NCBI RefSeq assembly: GCF_964213995.1 | Contig: NW_027590172.1 | Coordinates: 744,001 to 808,000 of the forward strand | Reading direction: 5' to 3' | From: Mustelus asterias | Lineage: Eukaryota | Length of the DNA stretch: 64,000 nucleotides | Shown here: positions 1-12,380 of the stretch, piece after piece | How the letters are laid out: each line of letters starts with the position of its first letter | Position numbering within the stretch: position 1 is the stretch's first letter | Notes under the pieces: generated by a model | Databases searched by the model: none | What the model saw: only the letters and a program-made list of their open reading frames with translations | Told to the model about the DNA's origin: nothing | Position numbers and translations under genes: made by a program

Positions 1-926
1 TCAATTTAGTAACCTATATTTGTATTGTTGGATATTAGAAATAAGATATACATTTAAGTGAGTTTAATTCGGTGTTTCTGTGTACAGAAGGGTTAATAGT
101 TTCATAGATTAATGTTAAATAAAGGTGTTTGCATGTATGGGGTTTTGGTTTCATTTCAAACTGTGCCTGTATTGTATTCAGAGAGTTTACAATGTGAAAA
201 CACACATAAGGAAAGACGAGGTAAGGAAAGACTTGGCAACCAGTGGCCATTTTGGGTCAGAAATAATTTTTGAGTTAGCTGAAGAGGAAACTGCCAGAAC
301 CATTAGGCAGAACAATGGAGTAAGGGCAAGAAAGAAAGTCCCAGAAGTTGAAGAACAGATAGTTCTAGAAACCAGGGAATGAAAAAAGTCTGAGGAAAAC
401 TGAAGTCAAAGGGAATCTGAACAAGATACTGTTCCCTGAAATTAAAGAAAGGGGTAGAGAGAGGCTTCCAGTTAAAGGCAACACACCTGGTGAAGTTGGC
501 TGGCAAAAAGCAGGACTCTGAAGTAATCCTAAGGTTGGGACTTTGGTACCACCTGTGAAACAGTAGTGTTCTGTTGATATGGCTGGGTACCTGAGAGATT
601 GTGTGGAAGCTTGAATGCATGTGATAATCTGAGGCAGAAGAATAGTGAAAGGAGAGATTGAAATCCTGGAAGTGGATCCTTGCTGAAAAGATCTGAGAGA
701 GTGCGTTGTTTGGGAGAACATTTTTGAGAGTGGATCTGATTGATGAAAATTTCTGTGCACCAATTTCAATGACAATGTTGCAATTTGTAATTTTACACAT
801 GACAGAATCTCAGTGTGATTACTCAGCATCAGGTAATACTCTGACCGGTGCAGTGCAAATGGTGGAACTTACTGATTAAGAACCGGTCAGAGATTACATT
901 GAATCACAGAGAATTCTCTCATTCTT

Positions 927-1235
927 GGGCGACACGGTGACACAGTGGCTTGCACTGCTGACTCACAGTGCCAGGGTCCTGGGTTCAAATCATGGCTTGG
1001 GTCAATGTCTGTGTGGAGTTTGCACATTCTCCCCGTGTCTGCGTGGGTTTGCTCCGGTTTCCTCCCACAGTCCAAAGATGTTAGGTGGATTGGCCATGCT
1101 AAATTGCCCTGAGTGTCAGGGGGGCTAGCTAGGATAAATGCATGAGGTTATGGGGATAGGGCCTGGGTGGGATTGTGGTGGGTGCAGACTCAATGGGCCG
1201 AATGGCCTCCTTCTACACTGTAGGGATTCTATGAA
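927..1235 (+). mobile_element. HE1-type tRNA-derived V-SINE (CR1-like tail)
   Basis: A/B-box head (..CACAGTGG..GGTTCAAAT), V-domain TGTGTGGAGTTTGCACATTCTCC, tail GGGCCGAATGGCCTCCTTCT..TGTAGGGATTCTATG. Confidence 0.85.
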
Positions 1236-1747
1236 TATCCAGACCAGAAAGACATTGTTCGGTTTAACTAGTCTGTGCTGGTGTTTATATTTCACACAAG
1301 ACACCTCCCATGCCATCTCCCTCATTTCAGCCTTTCAGCTCATCTTTCTAATCTCCTTTCCCTCATGTACTCATCACATTTTCTTTTTAAACGATGAGTT
1401 GTCCAGCTAGTTCCTGTGGCAGTGAATTTCACATTGTGATCAATCTCTGAGTATAGATGGTGAGTGACTTGGAGGGGAACGTGCAGGTGATGATGTTCCC
1501 ATGCATTTGCTGCCCTTCTCCAAGGTGCTGGAGGTTGCGGGTTTGCAAGATGCTGTCAAAGAAGCCTTGGTGAGTGCTTGCAGTGAATCTTGTAGGTGGT
1601 ACACACCTCCAGCTGCCATGTGAGTCAGTATTGGAGGGAGTAGATGTTTGTCGAAGGATTGCCAATCAAGCTGCTTTGTCTTGGATGGTGTTGAGCTTCC
1701 TGAGTTGTTGGTGCTGCACTAATTCAGAAAATTGGAGCTTATTCAAT

Positions 1748-2032
1748 TCATAGAATCATAGAAACCCTACAGTGCAGAAAGAGGCCATTCGGCCCATCGA
1801 GTCTGCACCGACCACAATCCCACCCAGGCCCTACCCCCACATATTTACCCGCTAATCCCACTAACCTACGCATCTCAGGACTCTCAGGGGCAATTTTTAA
1901 CCTGGCCAATCAACCTAACCCGCACATCTTTGGACTGTGGGAGGAAACCGGAGCACCCGGAGGAAACCCACGCAGACACGAGGAGAATGTGCAAACTCCA
2001 CACAGACAGTGACCCAAGCCGGGAATCGAACG
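1748..2032 (-). mobile_element. HE1-type SINE
   Basis: Reverse complement of the family consensus. Confidence 0.85.
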
Positions 2033-2487
2033 CGGTACACAAGAGTTGTGCCTTGTAGATGCTGGACTTTGGGGAGAAAGATTAAACAGACCTTTTAATG
2101 GAAAATTTACCTGATCTGGCCCAGACACCACGAGGAGATGGAAATGGGATGTGCTATGATTCTCAATTGAAACCCGACCCAACTGAAAAGGTGAACATTG
2201 AAGAGTTGAACATGGAGGGAGGGATGTCTGTTAGTGTTCTTCAGCAGTGGAAGTGGGGATCGGGATTGTACTGGAAGAACAGGAGTGATGGTGAAATGAG
2301 TCAGCAAATAGGGAACGGTTATTTAACCACCAGCTCGGGTTACTGAAGCCTGAATATTGTGGGAGAAAAAGGCGAGAGTGTTGCAGAGTTTAAAGTGGAA
2401 CAAGAGAGTTTTAAGCTGGTGAAATTAGTGAAATCTGAGTCTCGGTTTTGTCTGCTGTCATTTTATGGAGGCCCCGTTTTGCTGAAA

Positions 2488-2636
2488 GCAACAGAGAAAA
2501 CGCTGGAAAACCTCAGCAGGTCTGGCAGCATCTGTCAGGAGAGAAAAGAGCTGAAGTTTCGAGTCTGGATGACCCTCTGACAAACCTTTTTCTCTTTTGG
2601 TTTCAGATTCCAGCATCCGCAGTAATTTGCTTTTAT
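2488..2636. mobile_element. Penelope-like family B fragment (related pieces at ~10750-10830, 32930-33005, 33525-33690, 48590-48725)
   Basis: Shared motif GAAAATGCTGGAAAA.CTCAGCAGGTCTGGCAGCATCTG..GAGAGA / TTTCAGATTCCAGCATCCGCAGTA. Confidence 0.55.
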
Positions 2637-2654
2637 CCCATTTTGCTGAAATTC

Positions 2655-2660
2655 TTTATT
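2655..2660 (-). terminator. Candidate EMC4 polyadenylation signal (AATAAA)
   Basis: First minus-strand AATAAA I found downstream of the EMC4 stop; implies a 3' UTR of about 2 kb. Confidence 0.4.
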
Positions 2661-3046
2661 TCCACAGTTACAGAATCAGTGAAAAGACATGACACATTCT
2701 TCACAGCAGCATCAAACTCACACTGACTGTTTCCTCACTCACCTCGAGGTTATCGATTCGCCTCCGGCCTCTTCCGTTCACTCCTGCTTCGGGTGTGGTC
2801 TCAGAATGGGGAGGGGGAGGATTAGTGACCACCTCCCCGCACACCCCTCCCCTCACCCCCCTCCCCCCACAAACACACACAGAGGAACGACTCAAACACA
2901 ATCATTAAATAAAGCGAAAGCAGACATACATGTTTTGTGTGTGTGTATGTGCTCGCACACAGGTACACACACACACATGAACTGAAATGCATGTACACCC
3001 ACACAGACACACACTCAGACACAAGCGTGCATGCTCACAGACAAAA

Positions 3047-3690
3047 TCGTAGGATTGCTACAGTACAGAAGAGACCATTCAGCCCTTTGAGTCTGCACTG
3101 ACTCTCTGACAGAGCATCTTACCCAGGCCCTATTCCTGTTACCCCATATATTTACCCCACTAATCACCCTGATCTACATATTTTGTGACATAAAGCAGCA
3201 ATTTAGCATGGTCAATCCACCTAACCAGCACATTTTGGAGTTTGGGAGGAAACTAGAGCCCCTGGAGGAACCCATGCAGACATGGGGAGAACATACAAAC
3301 TCCACACAGACACAGGGGCGGCACAATGGGTAGCACTGCTGCCTCACAGCACCAGGGACCTGGGTTCAAATCAAGCCTCAGGTTGTGTGAAGTTTGTGCA
3401 TTCTCCCCGTGTCTGTGAGAGTTTCCTCCAGTTGCTCCGGTTTCCACCCACACTCCAAAGACATGTGATTGAGGTGGATTGGCCGTGCTAAATTGCCCCT
3501 TAGTGTTGGGGATATGATCAGTGTAAATACGTGGGGTTATGGGGATAGGGCCTGGGTGGGGTTGTTGTTGGTGCTGGCTCAGTGGGCCGATTGGTCTCTT
3601 TCTGCACTGTCGGGATTCTATGATTTATCCAAGGCTGGGATCGAACCCAGGGCCCTGGCGCTGTGAGGGTAACCACCGTGCCACCATGCT
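3047..3690. mobile_element. Three HE1-type SINE pieces: 3047-3313(-), 3315-3625(+), 3630-3690(-)
   Basis: Family motifs on alternating strands. Confidence 0.8.
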
Positions 3691-4627
3691 GCCCAGGTGG
3701 GCACACAGACAGCTGCACACACTACACTGTCAATCACCTGCCTCCAGCTGTCAGTGCTGAGGAAGTGAAACCAAGCTCCCCCCCTCCTCACTCACTGCTG
3801 TGTCAGGTGGATAGTGAAATCCCACGACCATTACTGGATGGAGCGAAGGAGAGCTCCCGCTGGTTTCCGATGGCCGATCTTTATCCTTCAAACAGCCTAA
3901 CATTTGGTGGTTATCCGACAGTTTGTGGGATCTGCTGTGTGCAGTGCCTGCCGGGTTTCCCAGGTGAACAGCAGTGACTGTGTTTCGGAAACAGGAAGCT
4001 GCTGTGTTGATTCAGAGCGCTCTGGAACAGCCCAGAACAAGCACGGGAGCTAAATCATTCCCTCTTTTCGATGGGTCACTCCCTCAGCGCAGTCCCTGCC
4101 GTTCTGTGGGAAGAGATGGTGACTGCACAGCAAGATCCCACAAGGCACGATGCAACACACAGCCAGGCAACTTAATTTCAGAGACGGTTTGAGGGACCCC
4201 TGGGAGAACCTGTTACAGCAGCTCGAATCTCAGGAACAGGTTACACAATTCTGTGACCTTCTGACCTGGGTGAGAGAGAGAATGAGAGGCACCAGGATAA
4301 GCCTGGAATGACTGATCCAGGAACCTCCAGTCCCATCGTCAACTCCAACAGACCTCTCATCCAAGGCTCAGCAAAGGGGGTCAACATGATAAACAACTGA
4401 ATACCCAGTGAAAAAATACACAGTCCCTGCTGTCAATATCTCCAGCCATTCCACATCGGTCACAGGTACACTGGCCAGTGTCTGTCTGTGTGTGCGTGGG
4501 GGGCAGTGATGGGAGGGCATGTTACCTACAGAAAGCCTGGTCCCAGGTTAGCCAGACGGCAGGTTGTGTCCGGTGTCGATCGTCCTCGGGCCGTGTCTCA
4601 GGGAGCGATAGGAGGAGAGTGGGACCA

Positions 4628-4663
4628 TCACAGGACCAGGCCCCCGCCTGTGTTCTCCACTCT
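4628..4663 (-). CDS. EMC4: EMC4 coding exon 5 ([11 protein letters not shown])
   Basis: Acceptor ttctcctttcacacag|; matches the EMC4 C-terminus (RMEFSGGGLLL*); TGA at 4630-4628. Confidence 0.88.
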   Translation of the reverse strand, partial: RVENTGGGLVL

Positions 4664-7600
4664 CTGTGTGAAAGGAGAAGGTGGTAAGAATCAGAGTGGG
4701 AATAGCTTCTGTCGCGCCTGCTCCACTATTCATCATCAACCTCATCTCCACTTTCCCCGCACTCCTCCCCATCCCTCAATTCCCAAAGATTTCCCCTCTT
4801 TCCCCGCAGTCTTCCCTCATCCCTCAATTCCCAAAGATATCCCCACTTTCCCCACACTCTTCCTCCTATCTCTCAATTCCCAAAGATATCCCCACTTTCC
4901 CTGCACTCTTCCCCCATCCCTCATTTCTTTTTGTTCAATTGTGGGATATGGGCGTCTCTGACTGGCCAGCATTTATTGCCCATCCCTAGTTGCTCGAGGG
5001 CTGTTGAGAGTCAACCACGTTGCTGTGGCTCTGGAGTCACATGCAGGCCAGACCAGGTAAGGGCGGCAGATTTCCTGTGGTTGACTGTCAACTGCCCTTC
5101 AAGAGCAACTAGGGATGGACAATAAATGCTGACCAGCCAGTGATGCCCATGTCCCACGAATGAATGAAAAGAATTGGGCCCAATCTATTCAACCTCTCAG
5201 GCTCCACAGCCCTGAATGGTTTCCTCTTCCTATTTTCCTGGCTCCCCGTCACATACAGAGTGCGGATCTCACCTGGGGCGGCTGGATGAATGCCAGCCAG
5301 TCAGAGGCATGTGTGGGCAGCAGCCCCATTGCCTGGCACTTGTAGATGGCCAAGGCCAACCCCAGCAGGTTGCCGATGAAGTAGATGAGACGCTGCAGCC
5401 AGTGCTGATTCGAATTCCCCAGGACCCGAAAGACTGAGAGCGAGAATGGAAAAGCAGGAAGTTCAGGAACATGTGAGAGCCTTCCCTCATAACACAGCCC
5501 ATCCATTTTAGGTATTAGTCTGGTAAACCGTCTCTGAACTGTCTCCAGCATACTTGATATCCAGCATACTTGAACACTTCCTTAACACAAGGGGCGACAC
5601 GGTAGCACAGTGGTTAGCACTGCTGCTTCACAGCTCCAGGGACCTGGGTTCAATTCCTGGCTTGGGTCACTGTCTGTGTGGAGTTTGCACATTCTCCTCG
5701 TGTCTGCGTGGGTTTCCTCCCGGTGCTCCGGTTTCCTCCCACAGTCCAAAGATGTGCGGGTTAGGTTGATTGGCCAGGTTAAAAAGAAAATTGCCCCTTA
5801 GAGTCCTGAGATGTGTAGGTTAGAGGGATTAGCGGGTAAATATGTGGGGGTAGGGCCTGGGTGGGATTATGGTTGGTGCAGACTCGATGGGCCGAATGGC
5901 CTCCTTCTGCACTGTAGGGTTTCTATGATTTCTATGATTAAATAAGGTGACCAATACTGCACACAGTACTCCAGATGTGGTCTCACTAGTGACCTGTACA
6001 ACTGAAGCATAACCTCCCTAGTTCTGTATTTAATTCCCATCACAATGAATGATAACATTCTATTAGTTTTCCTAATTACTTGCTGTACCTGCATATTAGC
6101 CTTTTGTGATTTATGCACTCAGACACCCAGATCTTGATCAATTGGGCCAGTGGGCTGACGAATAGCAGATGGAGTTTAATTTAGACAAATGCGAGGTGAT
6201 GCATTTTGGTAGATTGAACCAGGGCAGGACTTACTCAGTTAATGGTAGGGCGTTGGGGAGAGTTACAGAACAAAGAGATCTAGGGGCACATGTTCATAGC
6301 TCCTTGAAAGTGGAGTCACAGGTGGACAGAGTGGTGAAGATGGCATTCAGCATGCTTGGTTTCATTGGTCAGAACATTGAATACAGGAGTTGGAATGTCT
6401 TGTTGAAGTTTTACAAGACATTGGTAAGGCCGCACTTGCAATACTGTGTACAGTTCCTATTATAGAAAGGATATTATTAAACTAGAAAGAGTGCAGAAAA
6501 GATTTACCAGGATGCTACCGGGACTTGATGGATTGAGTTATAAGGAGAGGCTGGATAGACTGGGACGTTTTTCTCTGGAGCGTAGGAGGCTGAGGTATGA
6601 TCTTCTAGAGGTCTATAAAATAATGAGGGGGCACAGATCAACTAGATAGTCAATATCTTTTCCCAAAGGTAGGGGAGTCTAAAACTGGAGGGCATAGGTT
6701 TAAGGTGAGAGGGGAGAGATACAAAAGTGTCCAGAGGGGCAGTTTTTTCACACAGAGGGTGGTGAGTGTCTGGAACAAGCTGCCAGAGGTAGTAGCAGAG
6801 GCAGGTACAATTTTGTCTTTTAAAAAGCATTTAGATAGTTACATGGGTACGATGGGTTTAGAGGGATATGGGCCAAATGCGGGCAATTGGGATTAGGTTC
6901 GGGGTTTTAAAAAAGAAAGGGCGGCATGGACAAGTTGGGCCGAAGGGCCTGTTTTCATGCTGTAAACCTCTATGACTCAATCCCTCTGAATCTCTGAGCT
7001 CTGCAATCTCTCAAAATTTAGACAAAATGCTTATTTTTCATTCTTCCTGCCGAAATGGACAATCTCACATTTGCCCACATTCTACTCCATTTGCCAGATA
7101 TTTCCCCACTCACTTAACCTTTCTATCTTTCTGTACTCTCTGTATGTCCTCTTCACAACTTACTTTCCCATATATCTGTGTGTCATCGGCAAATTTGCCA
7201 AACATCCCTTCATCCAGTCATTCATATAAATTTCATTCCTTGCCTCAAATTTGATTCCTTTTCCACTATTTAGTTTGAAACCGTCTCTATTTTCCTCATC
7301 ATGGGGTTCACAAGAACACCGGCCCCAGCACAGTTCAGATGTAGACTGTCCCAATGGTACAGATCCACTTTACCCAGTACTGCTGTCAGTGTCCCATGAA
7401 CCAGAACCCACCTCCCACACCAGTTAGGGCAGCACAGTGGCACGTACTGCTGCCTCACAACACCAGGGACTCGGTTCTATACTGGCTTAGAATCCCTACA
7501 ATTCAGAAGGAGGCCATTCAGCCCATCACTTCTGCACCGACCATAATCCCACCCAGGCCCTATCCCTGTAACACAAAGTATTTACTCTGTTAGTCCCCCT

Positions 7601-10357
7601 GACACTATGGGAGAACTTACCATAGCCAATCAATTTAACCCGCACATCTTTGAACTGTGGGAGGAAACCGGAGGACCCGGAGATAGACAGAGAACATGAA
7701 AACTCCACACACACAGTCACTCGACGCCGGAATTGAACCTGGGTCCCTGGCGCTGTGAGGCAGCAGTGCTAACCACTGTGCCACCGTACCGCCCCTTGGG
7801 TCACTATCTGTGCAGAGTTTGCACGTTCACCCCGTATCTGTGTGGGTTTTCTCCGGGTGCTCCGGTTTTCTCCCAGTCTGAAAGATGTGCTGGTTAGGTG
7901 CACTGGCCACGCTAAATTCTCCCTCAGTGTAACCCGAACACGTACTGGAGTGTGGCGACTCGGGGATTCTCACAGTAACTTCATTGCAGTGTTAACGTGA
8001 GCCTACTTGTGACACTAATAAATAAACTTTAATGCAGCCTTTCAGTCACGCATTCATCCCTCCGATCTGGTCTGTCCTATACCTATTAGCATGTGGCTCA
8101 GGTAATAATTCAGAGATTATAACCATTGAGGTTCTGCTTCTTAATTTAGTGCTTAGGTCCTCATATCGACACTGAAAACCTCCTTCTTTATCTCTGTTGT
8201 TCATACCTACATTGACGAGGACAACTGGAAGCTTCCCCTCTCCACTGAAAGTTCTTCTCCAGCCCTGATCAGATGTCCTGAGCCCCGGCCCCAGACAGGC
8301 ACCACAGCTGCCTTGATTCACATTCTTTGCTGCAGAGACTATACTGTCCCCCATTATCACTGCATTCCTTTTTGCTCCCCTCACTAGAATGGTTTCCTGT
8401 ACCACAGTGCCATGGGTAATTGGTTCATCCACCCTGCAGCTCCCACTCATCCAAACAAGCTGAAAATACCTCAAACTGGCTGGACAATGGTAAAGGCTCC
8501 TGTCTGTGAGTTCCCTAATCTGTCTCACTCTCCTGTTCCTGACCACTGACCAAATCAGCAGACCCTGGGCCAAGAGGTGTGACTGCTCCCTGATACAAAG
8601 AATCCAGGTAACCTTCCCCCTCCCTGATGCATTGCAGTGTCTGTAGTTCAGCCTCCAGCTCATAAACTCTGAACCAGAGCTGCTTGAACTTCACTTACTG
8701 CAGACATGGTTGCCCTGGATCAAACTGACAGCCAGGAGCTCCCACACGCTGCAGCTGTGACACATCACCTGTCCTCCCATCTTTAATGTGTGCGAATAAA
8801 CTGTTCAATTATTTTACCCAATTACATATTTTATTTTTGTTTTCAAGTATTTTAGTTTTTAAGTATTTTATTAACCTTACCACCAGTTGCTGTATTATTT
8901 TAATCCTTAAGAATAGAATAAACCTTCGTCACTTAGCAGATCCTCACCAAAAATCTAGCTTCTTCTCCTGTAGAAGAGTAAGATCACTTCCTGACGGCTG
9001 AGAAAGTTAGAAAGCAAAACAGCACCTCTTTCCCTTCCTTCTCTAACTCCCTTAATTACCCAACTCCCAGAACTCTATTCTAAGCTGCATTCAAGTGATG
9101 CCGGTTCAGAGCTGTTTCTGAGCTGCAGATTCAATATAGTACTCACTTGCAGACATGGACATCAAGGCCTGTATGGGTCTCCAGGCCATCATGCACACCA
9201 TCATGATAGGGAGGATGGAGATGGTGTTGCCAGCCATGTACATGGTGAACAGATTCATGGGCAGCTGTTTCAATGGGCCCAAGGCAATGTCCCAGCAGCG
9301 CTGAAAACAGAAAGTGAGCAGGGTATCAGTAAAGAGAGACGGTTTGGGGAGGTCATATGCTGATCTTATACCCGGGCCTGGAAGTTAGGATGATGATTAA
9401 CACAACAAGTCCCTTTATCACACAGGCTGCTGTGGTTCACCAAGGTACTTCACCATCATGGACAAACCAGACGTTGTCAGTCACACACTAAAGACACATT
9501 CAAATCCAACTTACTTTCTCAACCAGGATCCGGTCTGTTACTTGGACGCAGATGTCCGGTAGCTGTTTGTCCGAATATGTGACTGGACACATGGAGTCTC
9601 TCTGGCCACACTGTTGATCACAGCTCCTATGAGAAACAGAAAACACAAATTGGTCACCCTTTCAAGACCTTCTTTCAAGAGGGAGTCTCTCTGTTGAGGA
9701 CCCCAATGTGGTGGCAACAGTGTCAGCATGAACTAAAGCTTGGGCAAACCTCAGACACACACTGCCATTGCGTGTACCAAACTGCCAGGGGAATGGAGGG
9801 ATGCAGAAGTGGATTAGTGTCAATTGATAATCAGGGTGCCAATCCGCTTGCCCTCCATTGAGGGACAAAGCGACAAATCACCAGATGTACCAAATTGTAT
9901 CTCGAAAACAAACACTGCGGGATATTGAGAGAGATCCAGTTCAGCTCCCGGCCCTGGAAACGAGCAATCGTTCCTCCAACCACCACCGCAGTTGGCACCT
10001 GATCAGGTGGAGGGGCTGAAACCAAAAGGGCATCTCAGGGTCATGACCTGGGGAAAAGATGCCAAGTGGGGTCTGAGTGGTTTCTGGGGGATTTGAGGGG
10101 CTGCTTTGTGCTGAGATGCTCGGTGAGGGGTAAAAGAGGCGCGAAAAACCCGGGTTGGGAAGTTTTGGGTTGGTTCCACATCCCCGGGTCATTGTGCGGT
10201 GGCCTCCCCTCGGGAGAGGCGGGCTGACCCGGCTTGCCTCCTACTCGAGCCCCCGGCTCCCCGCGCGGCCTCCGCACCTGCTGCTACCGCTCAGGTTGAG
10301 CTCGAGGGTCCACTTGTGCCAGCGCGCGCGGTTGACAAGCCCCGCCCCTGCAGCCAT
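4628..10357 (-). CDS. EMC4: ER membrane protein complex subunit 4 (EMC4/TMEM85), 5 coding exons: join(10357-10278, 9626-9515, 9300-9147, 5433-5273, 4663-4628), 180 aa
   Basis: Hand-spliced exons (80+112+154+161+36 = 543 nt) stay in frame with GT-AG junctions. They give [32 protein letters not shown]...[63 protein letters not shown]...[45 protein letters not shown], which matches the recalled vertebrate EMC4 sequence throughout. Confidence 0.95.
4749..4922. repeat. ~48-bp pyrimidine-rich tandem repeat (~3.5 copies) in EMC4 intron 4
   Basis: TCCCAAAGAT recurs at 4781, 4829 and 4878. Confidence 0.85.
5273..5433 (-). CDS. EMC4: EMC4 coding exon 4 (...[24 protein letters not shown])
   Basis: Acceptor cgctctcag|, donor CAG|GTGAGA; contains the [14 protein letters not shown] signature (visible in ORF 5249..5551). 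Confidence 0.96.
5591..5940 (+). mobile_element. Full-length HE1-type SINE in EMC4 intron 3
   Basis: Complete head, V-domain and tail ending in (TTTCTATGA)n. Confidence 0.9.
5940..7230. mobile_element. CR1 LINE fragments: a plus-strand 3' end (6135-6980) nested in an older minus-strand CR1
   Basis: ORF2 C-terminal motifs [40 protein letters not shown]. Confidence 0.9.
7425..8030. mobile_element. SINE cluster: head 7425-7475(+), HE1 7490-7795(-), alternative-tail SINE 7796-8030(+)
   Basis: Family motifs; second tail ...CACAGTAACTTCATTGCAGTGTTAA..CTTGTGACACTAATAAATAAAC. Confidence 0.8.
8046..8785 (-). mobile_element. Decayed CR1 ORF1 (SGNH esterase-like) in EMC4 intron 3
   Basis: [18 protein letters not shown] and IISELLP motifs typical of the CR1 ORF1 esterase. 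Confidence 0.75.
9147..9300 (-). CDS. EMC4: EMC4 coding exon 3 ([12 protein letters not shown]...[12 protein letters not shown])
   Basis: Acceptor ttctgttttcag|, donor CAA|GTGAGT; highly conserved EMC4 core. Confidence 0.96.
9515..9626 (-). CDS. EMC4: EMC4 coding exon 2 (...[24 protein letters not shown])
   Basis: Acceptor tttctgtttctcatag|G, donor AAA|GTAAGT; phase matches exon 1. Confidence 0.93.
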
Positions 10358-10620
10358 GACAACGCCGCCGACCGTTAACCGTCCCCCCTTTTCAAATCTG
10401 ATTCCGATCCGAGGAAGAACCCGCGCGCTTCCGTCAACAAACCACTCCCGCTGCAATGCGCATGTGCGGTCCCAACCTCCTCAGCTCTGTTTACGCCGCC
10501 CATTGCCCCGCCCCCACAACTCCGCCATGTTTATTAGGGGCACATCGGTTCCGACTCGATCCACTCTCCGGCCAAATGGAGCGTCTCTGACCCGCACAAA
10601 GATGGACACCACTCAATATC
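10120..10620. promoter_or_regulatory. CpG-island promoter of EMC4
   Basis: CpG-rich; NRF1-like GCGCATGTGCG (~10458), GC boxes CCCCGCCC, YY1-like AACATGGCGG on the minus strand (~10522-10531). Confidence 0.8.
10278..10357 (-). CDS. EMC4: EMC4 coding exon 1 ([27 protein letters not shown])
   Basis: ATG at 10357 inside a CpG island; donor CAG|GTGCGG; resembles the EMC4 N-terminus (..GLVANRGRRFKWAIEL..). Confidence 0.88.
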
Positions 10621-10949
10621 AGAGATTTATAATATTGCTTCCTTAATTCCCTCACGAAAATGTCTTACACCGTATAAAACATCAATAAAACCTAAAGGAC
10701 CAGATTATCCTTCTCATTCTGCAACCAAAACCAATTCAATGTTACTGGGTTTCTCCACAGATACTGCCAGACCTGCTGATGTTATCCATCATTTTCTGTT
10801 TTTATTTCACATTTCTGCAGTATTTTACATTCTGCCTCGAAGGGCTGATCCTTCCAACCAAGTTACAACGGACAGAACAATATAACATTGTGGCTTCCTC
10901 CAAGTATGAGAACTGAAGGGTGGACAATTTGCATGTATTAGTTAAAGTC

Positions 10950-11240
10950 AAGTTTATATTAGTCACAAGTCGGCTTAGATTAACACTGCAATGAAGTTAC
11001 TGTGAAAATCCCCCAGTACTCACAGTCCGGCACCTGTTCGGGTGCACTGAGGGAGAATTTAGCATAGCCAATGCACCTAACCAGCACATCTATCGGACTG
11101 TGGGAGGAAACCGGCGCACTCGGAGGAAACCCACGCAGACACGGGGAGAACGTGCAGACTGCGCACAGACAGTGACCCAAGCTGGGTATCAAACCCAGGT
11201 CCCTGGCGCTGTGAGGCAGTAACGCTAACCACTGTGCCAA
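10950..11240 (-). mobile_element. V-SINE, alternative-tail subfamily
   Basis: HE1 head and V-domain with the CTCCCTCAGTG.ACCCGAACAGG tail. Confidence 0.8.
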
Positions 11241-11484
11241 GGTTGATTAGAATCACAATATCACTGATGTAACCTAGTGATGCCAATGAAATAATGACAG
11301 TCATCTCATTGATGAGAGACAGTTTGATCTTCAATTAATTTGAAATAAGTTGTCATATGGAAAGAATACAGGTGTTGAATATAAATGAAGAGTTCAGTTT
11401 ATTTTGCTCACTCTGACGAATCAGGCTGAACCTTCTACTGAGGACATACAAGGAGAAGATTTTGTCTTGTCATCCTGTTACTGA

Positions 11485-12380
11485 CAAAGAACAAAGAGAA
11501 CAAAGAACAGTACAGCACAGGAAACAGGCCCTTCGGCCCTCCAAGCCTGTGCCGCTCCTTGGTCCAACTAGACCAATCGTTTGTATCCCTCCATTCCCAG
11601 GCTGCTCATGTGACTATCCAGGTAAGTCTTAAACGATGTCAGCGTGCCTGCCTCCACCACCCTACTTGGCAGCGCATTCCAGGCCCCCACCACCCTCTGT
11701 GTAAAAAACATCCCTCTAATATCTGAGTTATACTTCGCCCCTCTCAGCTTGAGCCCGTGACCCCTCGTGAACGTCACTTCTGATCTGGGAAAAAGCTTCC
11801 CACCGTTCACCCTATCTATCCCCTTCATAATCTTGTACACCTCTATTAGATCTCCCCTCATTCTCCGTCTTTCCAGGGAGAACAACCCCAGTTTACCCAA
11901 TCTCTCCTCATAGCTAAGACCCTCCATACCAGGCAACATCCTGGTAAACCTTCTCTGCACTCTCTCTAACGCCTCCACGTCCTTCTGGTAGTGCGGCGAC
12001 CAGAACTGGATGCAGTACTCCAAATGTGGCCTAACCAGCGTTCTATACAGCTGCATCATCAGACTCCAGCTTTTATACTCTATACCCCGTCCTATAAAGG
12101 CAAGTATACCATATGCCTTCTTCACCACCTTCTCCACCTGTGTTGCCACCTTCAAGGATTTGTGGACTTGCACACCTAGGTCCCTCTGTGTTTCTATACT
12201 CCTGATGACTCTGCCATTTATTGTATAACTCCTCCCTACATTATTTCTTCCAAAATGCATCACTTCGCATTTATCCGGATTAAACTCCATCTGCCACCTC
12301 TCCGCCCAATTTTCCACCTATCTATATCCTGCTGTATTGCCCGACAATGCTCTTCGCTATCCGCAAGTCCAGCCATCTTG
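11485..12380 (-). mobile_element. Young 5'-truncated CR1 LINE (intact ORF2 C-terminus)
   Basis: 249-aa open frame with CR1 RT C-terminal motifs; (TTCTTTG)n tail. Confidence 0.93.

Noticed and set aside
1-890. ORFs 303..800 and 365..829, or an LTR call for 1-890
   Set aside because: No recognisable motifs; the sequence looks repeat-like but has no termini or TSD to support a call.
10155-10646. 163-aa plus-strand ORF in the CpG island
   Set aside because: GC-rich antisense shadow of EMC4 exon 1 with no recognisable domain.
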